Shown here one piece after another: positions 1 to 12,500 of a stretch of DNA of 41,106 nucleotides. The position numbers and the translations under genes are program-made. This DNA is from Octopus bimaculoides (lineage: Eukaryota). The notes beneath the pieces are model-generated. The model was not told the DNA's origin, searched no databases, and saw nothing but the letters and a program-made list of their open reading frames with translations. The stretch spans positions 138,017,576 through 138,058,681 of the forward strand of contig NC_068984.1 of the NCBI RefSeq assembly GCF_001194135.2. Direction: 5' to 3'. Numbering within the stretch: the first letter of the stretch is position 1; each line of letters opens with the position of its first letter.

Positions 1-470
1 CATCGCGGTTCACCTCTCGTGCGCTCGGCTCATCGCGGTTCACCTCTCGTGCGCTCGGCTCATCGCGGTTCACCTCTCGTGCGCTCGGCTCATCGCGGTT
101 CACCTCTCGTGTGCTCGGCACATCGCGGTTCACCTCTCGTGCGCTCAGCACATCGCAGTACACCTATCCTGCACTCAGCACATTGCGGTTCACCTATCGT
201 GCACTCAACACATTATGGTTCACCTATCGTGCACTCAGCACATCACAGTTTACCTATCGTGTGCTCAGTACATTGTGGTTCACCTATCACACACTCAGCA
301 CATCACAATTCATCTATTGCATACTCAATACATTGCGGTTCATCTATCATGTTTCACCTGTCACGCACTTAGTACGTCATGATTCACCTATCGCATACTC
401 AGTACATTGCGGTTCATCTATCAAGCACTCAGAACATCGTGGTTCACCTTTTGTTCACTCATTACATCGC
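1..470. repeat. 30-bp minisatellite (catcgcggttcacctctcgtgcgctcggct), about 15 units, degenerating rightwards
   Basis: Units 1-3 are identical; later units accumulate substitutions; the array is truncated by the window edge. Confidence 0.95.
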
Positions 471-617
471 AGATTTTTCCAACTAATATATATAAATTTA
501 TATCGTGGACTCCTCAGAATAAAGCGGGTTTCTGCAGCCGATAGGTATTTATATCTTTTTAGATTTTAATTATTTCTGTGGGAGGTTTTGGAATGTAACA
601 CCTGCAATGATAGATAC

Positions 618-830
618 TCTTTTACTCCTTACTCGTTTCAGTCATTTGACTGCGGCCATGCTGGAGCACCGCCTTTAGTCGAGCAAATCGACCCCAGGAC
701 TTATTCTTTGTAAGCCTAGTACTTATTCTATCGGTCTCTTTTGCCGAACAGCTAAATTACGGGGACGTAAACACACCAGCATCGGTTGTCAAGCGATGTT
801 GGGGCGGGCGGGACAAGCACAGACACACTA

Positions 831-861
<31 letters not shown>

Positions 862-982
862 CGACGGGCTTCTTTCAGTTTCCGTCTACCAGATCCACTC
901 ACAAGGCTTTGGTCGGCCCGAGTCTATAGTAGAAGATACTTGCCCAAGGTGCCACGCAGTGGGACTGAACCCGGAACCATGT
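618..982 (-). mobile_element. tRNA-head CORE-like SINE (family B), cut by an assembly gap
   Basis: Shares the tail gcggtgctccagcatggccgcagtc, the (TA)/(CA) spacer and the core ggcaccttgggcaag with many other copies in the window. Confidence 0.85.
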
Positions 983-1344
983 NNNNNNNNNNNNNNNNNN
1001 NNNNNNNNNNNNNNNNNNNNNNNNNNNNNNNNNNNNNNNNNNNNNNNNNNNNNNNNNNNNNNNNNNNNNNNNNNNNNNNNNNNNNNNNNNNNNNNNNNNN
1101 NNNNNNNNNNNNNNNNNNNNNNNNNNNNNNNNNNNNNNNNNNNNNNNNNNNNNNNNNNNNNNNNNNNNNNNNNNNNNNNNNNNNNNNNNNNNNNNNNNNN
1201 NNNNNNNNNNNNNNNNNNNNNNNNNNNNNNNNNNNNNNNNNNNNNNNNNNNNNNNNNNNNNNNNNNNNNNNNNNNNNNNNNNNNNNNNNNNNNNNNNNNN
1301 NNNNNNNNNNNNNNNNNNNNNNNNNNNNNNNNNNNNNNNNNNNN
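983..1344. other. Assembly gap (362 N)
   Basis: Run of N. Confidence 1.
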
Positions 1345-1650
1345 GTTTTGTTACTGTGCATGTATGTCTAGTCTATGTATGTTTTTGTTTTTTGGAAATA
1401 TGTTTTGCATATTGTGGTGGGTGTGTATATGTGTGTTTCTGTTTTTTAGGGGTGAATGTTTTGTGTGTGTGTGTGTGTGCTACTGTGGTGTGTGTGGTGT
1501 ATCATAGTGTGTGTATTATATTGTGATGTGTGAGTTATATTGTGGTGTATACTTGGTTTTATGAGAATGTCTTGTGTGCGTGCGTGTGATGTGCATGAGC
1601 TATTGTGGTGTGTGTGTTATATTTGGCTTTATGAGAAGGTTTTGTGTGTG
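1345..1650. repeat. TG-rich low-complexity tract
   Basis: Interrupted (TG)n runs. Confidence 0.8.
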
Positions 1651-1769
1651 TGTCCGACGAGTCCTTATTTATTGATTAATGGCAGGTATTTCGATATTTA
1701 ATTGTAATTTATATTCGATGAATTGTTTTCCCTTTTTTATCCTCTGTTGTTAGGTGAAAGAGTCTGAGT

Positions 1770-2400
1770 ACTTGTAGGGTGGGCAGATTTTGAAGGTGGG
1801 TAGGGTCATTCTCACAATTTGCAATTTCCCACACATTGTAAACTGTATGAGAATGGCCCAACGTTCGAAGGTCGTTCTTCATCACCTCATCCTAGGTCTT
1901 CCTGGGTCTACCTTTTCCACAGGTTCTCTCTACTGCTAGGGTGTGACACTTTTTCACACAGCTGTCCTCACCCATATGTAACACATGACCATACCAGCGC
2001 AGTCGTCTCTCTTGCACACCATATCTGATACCTCTTATGCCCAACTTTTCTCTCAGGGTGTTTACACTGTCCAGTATGTACACTAACATTACACATCCAG
2101 CGGAGCATACTAGCTTCATTTCTTGCAAGTTTACGCACACCCTCAGCAGTCATGGCCCATGTTTCCCTGCCTTGTAGCATGGCTGTTCACATACATGCGT
2201 CATACAGTTTACCTTTCACTCTGAGTGAGAAGCCTTTGTCACCAGTAGAGGTAGAAGCTCTCTGAACTTTTCCCAGGCTGTTCTTATTCTAGCAGCTACA
2301 CTCTCAGAGCATCCACCTCTGCTACTGACTTGGTCACCAAGGTAACGGAAGCTATCAACTACTTCTAGTTTTCCCTCCTAGCATGTGACGGAAGCTGTTT
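1770..2400 (-). mobile_element. RTE-clade LINE 3' remnant (frameshifted)
   Basis: Peptides ETWAMTAEGVRKLARNEASMLRWMC and LREKLGIRGIRYGVQERRLRWYGHVLHM...GKGRPRKT match the RTE post-RT region. Confidence 0.85.
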
Positions 2401-2563
2401 TCTGCACTTATATATATATATTCTTTTACTTTTTCAGTCATTTTAACTGCGGCTGTGCTGGAGCACTGCCTTTTAGCTGAAGAAATTAACCCCAAATACA
2501 AAAATGAAACAAATTGTTATTGATAGGAAATGAGTTGGAAATAAACTCAGGTGGTTTACTCAC

Positions 2564-2740
2564 CTATATAAAATGGTGTTTTAAGGGGTTTTACAATGTC
2601 ATCCACTACAGTCATTCCAAGTGAGTAAAGAATACTCCCACCTACACTGTGAAATATTTGCCCTAAGAGAAACACTCCAAGATACTCCTGTAAACTCTTG
2701 TTGCGTTCGTCCCTGCATGCAGCTGCTCCACTTGAAGTTT
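2564..2740 (-). CDS. SLCO4A1-like: OATP coding exon 3 (177 nt, phase 1-1)
   Basis: Acceptor ttttccaacag|AA at 2741/2740; donor ATAG|gtgagt at 2564/2563; encodes the TM4 region GQIFHSVGGSILYSLGMTVVDD. Confidence 0.92.
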
Positions 2741-5700
2741 CTGTTGGAAAAAATAAAAATAAATAAACATCCATAAGAATTTAACAATTTTTTATCGCTT
2801 GTTTCATTCATTAGACTATGGACATCGTTCGTACGTTTGTACTGGTTTTAGCTTTAGGGTTAGGGTTATAAGTATTTTTGCCAAATTTGGTTAAAATCTG
2901 TTCAATACACTGCCACAATTTTTTCCCCAAATTTGGCAAAAATACTCATAACCCGAACCCGAACCCTAAGACCCTAAAGCTAAAACCAGTACAAACGCAC
3001 GAACGATGTCATAAATAACAGTACCGCCGATAGTTGTTGTTGACAAACAACGGCACTAATTCTATTCAATGGAAAAGATCTCATTACACCGCTAGAACGT
3101 GTTGTTTACATTCCACAGCAGTAATTGTTTTCACCTCAATAGACGTCAGTGATTGGTTGAAATTACCGAAATACGACAATTTTAACACGAAATAACTTTA
3201 AAAAGATAAAATTTTCTCAATAACACTAAGAGTAAAAGAGGTTTTATATGACACATTCTACAAGTGTCCCAAGTTTGAAAATGTTTCGTTAAGAAAACAA
3301 GTGGCGCCCGCCAAATCAGAAAGATCCCAAAAACTATATTAGATCTCTGAATGAGATATAAACAGTAGCAGTACGGAACCGTGACATATAATTGCTAACC
3401 AAGTGTGGTGTCCTATACAGGATAGGGGCTATAAACGTCAGTAGCACTGTCCTGTATAGGATGCCACACTTGGTTAGCAATTAGATATTTAAAAAAAAAG
3501 CATTTTAAAATAAATGTCACAAAAATGAAGGTAAGTAAAACGTAAGTTGGGTCGTCTTATCAACAAGCTCTTGGGTAAATCAATGCATTAGACCATCTAT
3601 CATTTATTTATTGACAGTAAGTCACAGCATACACAGCATTAAGTCCCTCAACCCCACGAGCACCCCCCATCCCCAGGCATAATTAAATAATGCTTCATTA
3701 GTAAGTCGTATTTAGTGTGATTTATATTCGACAATAAAACGTGTCACATTTGTAGCTATTCTGTTACCTCGAAACACGAACTTATATAAAAATACTTACT
3801 TAAGCAATGAACAGCTGTTTTTTCGTCCCATACATAACTGTCAGCAAAGACATGTGGCAATGCCATAACAAAAGAGCCCAGACTGAAGGTGATGAAACCA
3901 TAACCAAGCCAGCGTAGTTTGTAGTTTACAGCTCCTTTGAAGCAGACGAATAAAGCAATTGGCGCTGCCGTTATATCGTAAACGCTGGCGATCCATCCCG
4001 ACATACTGCTGGGCAAATCAAACCGTTTTTCTACTGTACTCATGTTTGCATTGATCACACCGTTTACAATAAACCCTGCAAAAAATAAAGATAAAGGCCA
4101 TTATATATGTTAAATCAATATCTAATCAAATAAGGAAAGCTGAAATTTATCTCTCACCTACGATCTTCATACTCCAACAGTTTTACGTAGTGATCTGAAA
4201 TTATGCTTGGGAAGGTATGAGATTTTGAAACCAGTAGCAAGGGGCGTCGGACCTGACCGGAGCGACACTTTTATGGGATCTGCCGTATAAGCCTGTAAGG
4301 GCTTGCTTCCACCCCAAGGAAAGGGTTTATCAACTCAAGGGCTACCCCAAGGCGGCACGCGCACTAGTAACACTACTGTACTTGCGGTTTTCATGTTCTG
4401 ATAGTTTTTCACAGCGAACCTAAAATTGCAGTTAGGGCGGCTTGAGGTTATGAGGCAATATATTTGTCAGGAATATAATAATTTGAACCAATCTGGCGAT
4501 ACAATAATTTGCTTGTCGAAAGTGTTAATTTGTTTCAACATAGGTTTAAGACTATAATCTTTTGGTGGGGAGAGATAGATATAGTCGATTATATTCTTGA
4601 CAGCAAAAGAATGAAAGATGAAGTTGGTCTTGCGAAACTGAATTCAGAACATAAATGAGCGTAAATGTTTTTTGGTCTAATGCTGTATCAAAACTGATAT
4701 TTATCGCATGAAATAGTACTTAGAATATATTCTGTTGCTACAGGGCGGCGAGCTGGCACGCCGGGCGAAATACTTAGCGAAATTTCCTTTGTCTTTACGT
4801 TCCGAGTTCAAATTCCGCTGAGGTCGACTTTGCTTTTCATTTTTTCGGGTTCGATAAATTAAATACCTGTTGCGTACTGGGGTCGATCTAATCGACTGGG
4901 CCCCCTCCCCAAAAATTTCGGGTCCTGTGCCTAGAGTAGAAAAGAATATTTTCTGTTGCTACATTTTCTGAAAAAAATGTATCAATGTTTGGTTAAGAAG
5001 ATCACATAGAAAACCAAGAGCGGTTATCAAGTAATGGAGGGACGCGCGCGCGCGTACATGTAACACACGATGGGGTCTGTTTCTGTCTACCAAACTCACA
5101 AAGCATTAGTCAACCCGGAGTTATGGTAGAACACATTTTCGGGAGGTGCCACGCAGTGGGACTGAACTTGTAACACCTTGGCTGCAAAGCGATCTTTTTA
5201 ACCACACAGCCATGAAAATATCTTTTCATATTTAGTGGTTGTTACCCTCTTTTTATAGTTTTCATTCTCCGCAAATTTTGGTTGTTAGCAGTTTATTATC
5301 TGTACAATCTTTTCAAATTCATTCTTTTTATTCTACAAACTATTTTAGTTTTCTCGATCAATAATTTTTCACATAAAACCTTGGTCTCACCTCAATACTA
5401 CTTATTTATCATGTCATTTAGAACGTTTTCCAAGGACAACAATCTCTCTCCCCATCTCGCTTACCTTGTTTGGGTGTGTTCCTATACAAATTTACTTTTA
5501 ATGCTACTACTATCAATAATTTTTTTTTATTCAAGGCATAAGGCCCGATATGTTGATGGGGAGGGGGCTAGTCGATTAGATCGACCTCACTACATAACTG
5601 GTATTTGCTTTTTTCGACTCCGAAAAGATGAAAGGCAAAGTCAACCTCAGCGGAATTTGAACTCAGAGCGTAGCGGCGGACGAAACACCGCTAAGCATTT

Positions 5701-6528
5701 CGCCCGGCGTGCTAACGTTTCTAATTTCTTTATTGCCCACGAAGGGCTAAACATAGAGGGGACAAACAAGGACAGACAAAGGGATTAAGTCGATTACATA
5801 GACCCTAGTGCGTAACTGGTACTTAATTTATTGACCCCGAAAGGATGAAAAGTAAAGTCGACCTCGGCGGAATTTGAACTCAGAACGTAAAGACAGACGA
5901 AATACCGCTAAGCATTTCGCCTAGCGTGCTAACGTTTCTGCCAGCTCGCCGCTTTTACGACCATCAATAATACAATATGCATACAGCGCCTATCCTTCGA
6001 CATCACTCCATTTTGTTTTCTTATTTTCAATTTTGCGTCAGCAGTATTAAGATCACTACTTTTACGCCGACACGAAACCTCGCTACTTTTCTCAGATTTT
6101 ATTGTTTTACTGCTTGGTGTGGATTACCGTCTATCGACGCTGCAATTGGCTTTCGCTAAACACATATAGTGCGTCACTCTTATTCATGATGACTGCAAAG
6201 AGATCAAGTAAAAGTAAAGATAGCAGTGTGTAAACTGCTGACAAAGGGATTACGTTGGATGTTAAACTCGACGTTTTTACAGAATTAATACCGATAAAAT
6301 CTCATCCATATCTCTGTTACTCTCTTACTTGTTTCAGTCATTTGACGACGGCCATACTGGAGCACAACCTTAAAGCATTTTAGTCGAAGAAATCGACCCA
6401 GGACTTATTCTTTGTAAGCTTGGTACTTATTCAATCTATCTTTTGCCGAACCGCTTAAGTTACGAGGACCTAAATACACCAGCATTGGTTGTCAAGCGAT
6501 GATGGGTGGTGGAGACAAGCACGGACAA

Positions 6529-6575
<47 letters not shown>

Positions 6576-9500
6576 GGCAGGCTTCTTTCAGTTACCAAAT
6601 CCACTCACAAGGCTTTGGTCGCCCCGAGGCTATAGTAGAAGTCACTCGCCCAAGGTGCCACGCAGTGGGACAACTCGGATCCATGTGGTTGGGAAAGCTT
6701 GCAATGTTTATTGTAAAAACAATGCATGACAATAAAGACAGTTTTAGTGCTCAATCAGTTATTGTATTGACTAGCGATTGTTTTATTCACGGCGCCGATG
6801 TGACGCTTAATATGGAGAGGTTCATGTATATTCATGAAGTTGACAATCAGGCTAGACATAATGTATTCATAAAAGCGATAGTCTTTCAACCGAAAGCTAA
6901 ATTGTGTATGATTTGTTGACAGATGAAGGTGCAATTTCTGATGAAAAACCTTGTTTTAATAAAGGACTATTTGAAAGTTTTAAGAGACGTCTTAATATTG
7001 GTTTCAAATTTTGGCACAAAATTTCTGGCCATCACCTGGCTCTGCAGCTCAGGTCACGGCAAAGACACTGGCGTTAAACCAGCATCTCGAAACCCAACAT
7101 ATGGGTTGCATTGTCAGAGCTAGGATTCGTGCAATGGGTTGTGAAGGAATCAAGGCCACGAGATGGGCCCGAGTGGTGGAAGCCCAATGTGGGAACGATG
7201 GCACAATTCGATCTTCAACGAACCAACGAGGTAAGTTAATAAACGAGCCCGAGGAGATGTGTGAGGTCTTTCAGGAGCACTTCACCCAGTTTTTTGGTGG
7301 GGGCGGCGGACCGGACAGTAGGAGGGACCTAACGGACTTCCTCGCTGGGCTGCCGCGCTTATTGGGGCAGGACGCGGAGTGTTGTGAAGAGCCGATCACG
7401 CCCGAGGAGGTAATTGAGGCTATGGCGGACTGCGGCGCGCGTAAGGCGCCGGGACTGGATGGTCTACCCTATGAACTGTATAAGAGTATGCCAGACTTGT
7501 TCGTGCACCTGCTGGCGAATGTCTACACGAACTGGCAGCAGAATGGTTTCATTCCCAGATCTGTACGCTGGGGAGTGGTGACGCTTGTCAGAAAGGACCC
7601 GACCCGAACAAGGGGAATTGCATTGATAATTTTCGGCCCATCACTCTGCTAAACACAAAATTGAAGATTTTGGCCAAAGTGTTATCGAAAAAATTGGCGC
7701 GTGTCGCGGATGGCTTGATCAGGAAGGCACAGACATGTAGAACCATCCAAAATAATCTCCATTTTATACGGTACATTGTAGGGGGGTTAATAACGATTCT
7801 GGCAAGGGCAGCGGTCTATTTAGACTAATCAAAGGCTTTTGATAGGGTCGACCATCATTACCTGGTTTCCGTTCTGTGCTTTTTGCAAATTAGTGTAGTA
7901 AGGTAGTGGGGTTTGGGAGAAAATAATAGGAGGCATTACTCGAGAGATGAAATCTGTTAATCAGGGATTAAGTAAAGGCACAGGAAGATAAAAGACGATT
8001 GAAAGAAGGTTTATTTTAACGTTGATATATATTCAGAAGGATCATTGCAGTAATTGAGAAAAGACACAAAAGAAGCAAATAGACTTTGGAACTCTGAAGG
8101 ACAGCGAACCGTATCCTTCTTTGTTTAGCAGATCGAAAGATAAACACATGTGAGGCGTCCTTGATATATGAATAGTAGTATTTTTCGAGATACTGTGCAT
8201 GCTAAGCAACCGTTTAAAAGGTGTCAGATCGACCTGAATGGGAATCCGGCGTCTCACTTATGAAATTTATGCAACAACAAAAAATACAAAAACAAAAAAC
8301 AATATTAAATATTCAATTTTGTGCAGAGATGGGAGGAGTTGACAAAAGACCGAAACGATTGTCACTGCTGACACACATATCTCTCACAGAAATACACGAA
8401 CTTATTTGCCTCGCTTAAATCTCTTTCGTTGACGATAAATAAATATTTTGTAACTTCGCACGGATTTTTTGTTACTATGTCAACCAACAAAGATCATATT
8501 GTTAAACAAATAGAAAAACTGGAAACAGTAAGTTATACAGGACAGATGTATATTTAGATGGTCTCAAATTTTGGTACAAGGTCGCCAACTTTAGTGGGAG
8601 GGCAGCGCTGAACTAACCATTAAGCAGAATAAGCACGTGCTTAGGGCATCAAGGGAGGTGGGGCATCATAGAAATGGTAAATAGTTTACGGCACAAAATA
8701 GATCACTTTAATTTGCTAAAATAATATTCGAAGTGTTCAGGATGTCATTGATCGAAGATTTTGCAATTAAAAAAAGTAGAAAACTTTCCAAATATAAATT
8801 AAGTGGACTTATACAAAAACCAACATTTTTTCATCATGAAAAATAAAAATATATTTCACAGTTTATAATTGTTTATAGGATCTTTTCCCTTTGAACGGTA
8901 CTTCGAGAAATTAATTTTTTGTAACTAAACACTTTCAAACTTTGGACGACACTGGTAGAACTTTCCTCAACATCAGTAAGAGTAAAAGATATTTTATATG
9001 ACACATTCTACCTTTATCCGAAGTTTGAAAGTGTTTAGTTACAAAAAATTAATTTCTCGATGTGCCGTTCAAAGGATAAGGACCCTGTTTATATTTTGAA
9101 ATACATTTATATGGGAGCACCAAAATCGTTTAAATGTTTAGAGCCTCTATGAGTCTTAATCCAGCCTTAGTGGGGCGAGTGTTAATCGGTTACTTCAGTG
9201 GTTCTCAACCGGGATCCACATGGCCCCTTAGGGTCCATATAAGATTTTTGAGGGTCTATGCAACAAAATAGCAAATTGGGGATCCACAATTGTATTTTAA
9301 CGATCCCTAAAATCATTTGCTTTAGATGTATATATTGGTATATAATGTAAGAAACAGGTTTCTTTCTCTAACATTTTACATAGTTCAACCTACACAATGT
9401 GATAAAACAAATATGAATTTTGAATGGCTATGGGTAAGGTGGAATGAAATAGTAACCAAAGGGGCCCATAAAAAAAAAAAAAGATGTTGAGAATCCCTGG

Positions 9501-12500
9501 GTTACATCGACCCAACAGGTAGTTATTGTGTTATTGATTTCGAAAGGATGATAATCAGAATTTGAAATCAGAAAGTTAAGAGCCGGAAGAAATACCACTA
9601 TCTAATTTGTTTGATACGCAAACGATTCGGCCAGCTCGCTGCCTCGTATTATGAGGCTTGATATAAAATGTAAAATAAGAATAATGAAGGATGTGGTTCC
9701 CGGCGCAATGTGTATTGTATCAGCTGTCATCGTAAATATGTTAGATCGGAGAAACATTGCATCTGTGTTGTTATACAAGATATTTCTTCCAAATGTAAAG
9801 AAAACGACGTGACGCTGAACAATTTGTGTGTGTATGTGTGTGACAGAGAACGACAGACAGAAAAAAGGACAAGCAAACAGGGAATGGGGGACGGAGCGAG
9901 ACGAAGTATGAGAGACAGATCTGACTAATTCAGGTCACATATATAAAAATACAAATACCGCTTGTACATTGGGAGGGACATTTTAAACAACATTAGAATA
10001 TAAAAGAAATCAAATAACATACTTGTGGAAATACGTATTTTTTTTGTTTATATACCGAGCGAGCAAGTGAAAGGGATATAACAACCAAATCTACTCTCAT
10101 ATATCTCACTGTCCTATCTTAGCTGTCGTTTATCGTTCATCTTAATTAGGGCAGCTAGTGGGGTGCGGAAGAGGTGGACCGCCTCGGGCGGCACGTTTAA
10201 AGCGGCACCACTTTTGAGTCTGCTGTAGGCAATATACGCTAGTGTTCATCTTTTACTTGTTTCAGTAAGATTGGACTGCGGCCATGCTGGGGCCACTGCC
10301 TTGAAGAATCTAAACAAACAAATCGACGACAGGGCTTATTTTCCCGGTGTCTTTTGCCGAACCGTTAAGTTACTGGGAATAAACAAACCAATACTGGTTG
10401 TGAGGCGTCGTGAGCAATCACAACAACACACACACACACACACACACACGTATGTGTGATAACATTTGAAAAAAAATGGTATCTACGCCCGTAAATTAAC
10501 GGATGCGACTACAAAGATAACGATACGATAAATATTAGGGTTGATATAATTAATTAAAATTCTTCAGAGCGCTGCTACAGCATAGCTGCAGTTTAACCTA
10601 AGCAGTAAAACTAATAATTGACCAAAACAAAAACAAATAAATTCAACATTTTCTGTTGAGTATTCTGTCTCAGCCATACACTCCGTAGATAGGCAGTAGA
10701 GTAGCTGGAGAGGGACAACGGGGCGGTTCTATCCAGGCGACGCTTTTATTGGAGTTAATGTTGGGTCTGCTGTATATTATTTGAGGGCCTGCGGCAGCAA
10801 ACTTAGGGGCTTCTCCCGAGCGGCACAGTCTAGCTACGCAACTGCACACTGTGTGTCCCACAACTGCTTGACAACCGGTGTTGGTTTGCTTATGTTCCCG
10901 TAACTTTGTATTGCAACAAAAGAGACCGATAGAATCAGTACCAAACCTGAAGAAAAATAAGTAGTGGAGGCGATAAAATCTTTCAAAGCGGTGCTCCAGC
11001 ATGGCCGCAGTTTCAATGACTCAAGTAAAAGAATAAAGATTGGTTTACTATTCTTCTCCGCACATACAAACATACCACCTCCTGGGTCGCATTCAAAATA
11101 ACTTCGTTCAATTTATCAGCAATGTTTCACTCACCAATAACTTTCACACTGTCTCTAAGTCTTGTAAAGCTAATACAATGGCCAATTGTCGTTCTAAACT
11201 AGTTTACTACAATCCTCTTCCAGCCATTCCCACTCGATATATCCACATTCCCATCCTCTGACACCTTTAATGAATCTCAACACACCACTCATCTCGCACA
11301 ACACTAATTTTCTTGTCGGACCTATGAACTTCTCTACCACCTCTCCGTCACATTTTTTCTTCGGTCCATAGATGTTCAAACCGAAGTTCGTCTGCAACGA
11401 GAAAAAAATTCACGTAACGTCCTTATAGCAAAAGCTATTAGGTCTATTCATGTATTCACAAGCGAGATTCTCCTTCTCGTCCAACACTGTTTTTAACTGG
11501 GACTTAGAGGATAAGTGCTTCGTTTTCTCAACATACAAATATTTCTGTCCTGAATTAAGACCATCATTCTTAATTTTGCAAAATAAATTTATTAATACGA
11601 CAGTTCACGCAGCCTATTGTTGCAGTGTTGTGAATAAAATACGAATTCACATTAAAGCCTAGGAAACTTTAAAACGTTTTACCAAAAAGACTAAATCTAA
11701 CAAAAGACTTGAATATCAAAAAATAATAAAAAATAGTCGAAAATTCAACAACACATTCAACTGGTTTTATAAAATGGGACAACCAATAACGAAAATAACT
11801 TTAAAAGAAATACTAGAAGTAATAAATGCTGTTGCTGTTACAATAGAATGTTTCAAAAGTCTCGTCTCAGAACTTGTCTATGTTACTCTCTCACACACAC
11901 ATCTTTTACTTGTTTCAGTTATTAGACTGCGGCCGTGCTGGAGCACCGCCTTGAAAGGCTTAGTCAAACAAATCGACCCCAGTACTTTTTCTAAGCCTGG
12001 TACTTATACTATTGGTTTACTATTGTCGAACCGTTAAGTTACAGGAACGTAAACAAACTAACAACAGTTGTCATGCGTTGATAGGAAACAGGCACAAACA
12101 CACGCACATAAATATAAACGTGTGTGTGTATGTAACAGTATCCCTCTACCAAATCTACTCACAAGACTTGGTCAGCTCGGGACTATAGTAAAAGACACTT
12201 GCCCAAAGTGCCCCGCAGTGCGACTGAACCTGGAACCATGAGGTTGTGAAGAATCTTCTTACGACACAGCCACGCCTGCATCTATATATCTCACTCTATC
12301 AGCCAGACTATCGGACGTTTCTAATACATTGCTGGTAACAATGCGGTTCCTCACATGGTTGTAAGTTTTAAAATATCACACCGGTGGCCAGTCGGACACG
12401 CCAGCATTCCGACTGACCCGAAGGCCAGTCCGTTACAGTATTATCCATTTACGACTGAGTAAACTGAAGTAAAGTGAAAGGAATTACTTTGCTCAAGAGC

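Larger units (their letters stand above)
8570..9643 (-). mobile_element. SINE family A split into three pieces by DNA-transposon insertions
   Basis: Tail at 8570-8602, short piece at 9169-9195, body and head at 9500-9643 (ccagctcgctgcc). Confidence 0.65.

Noticed and set aside
19-569. ORFs 19-372 and 111-569 encoding decapeptide repeats
   Set aside because: They arise from a stop-free 30-bp minisatellite, have no splice or domain support, and lie antisense within an OATP intron.
924-1507. ORFs spanning N runs (also 27248-27692 and 38275-38496)
   Set aside because: Artefacts of assembly gaps.
3756-3799. In-frame extension of the exon-2 ORF (SKYFYISSCFEVTE), and similar read-through at the other exons
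   Set aside because: It lies past a consensus gtaagt donor, so it is intronic read-through.
5282-5788. 168-aa ORF, and similar ORFs at 6506-6919, 35837-36202 and 38012-38281
   Set aside because: They are antisense or sense translations of SINEs and microsatellites.
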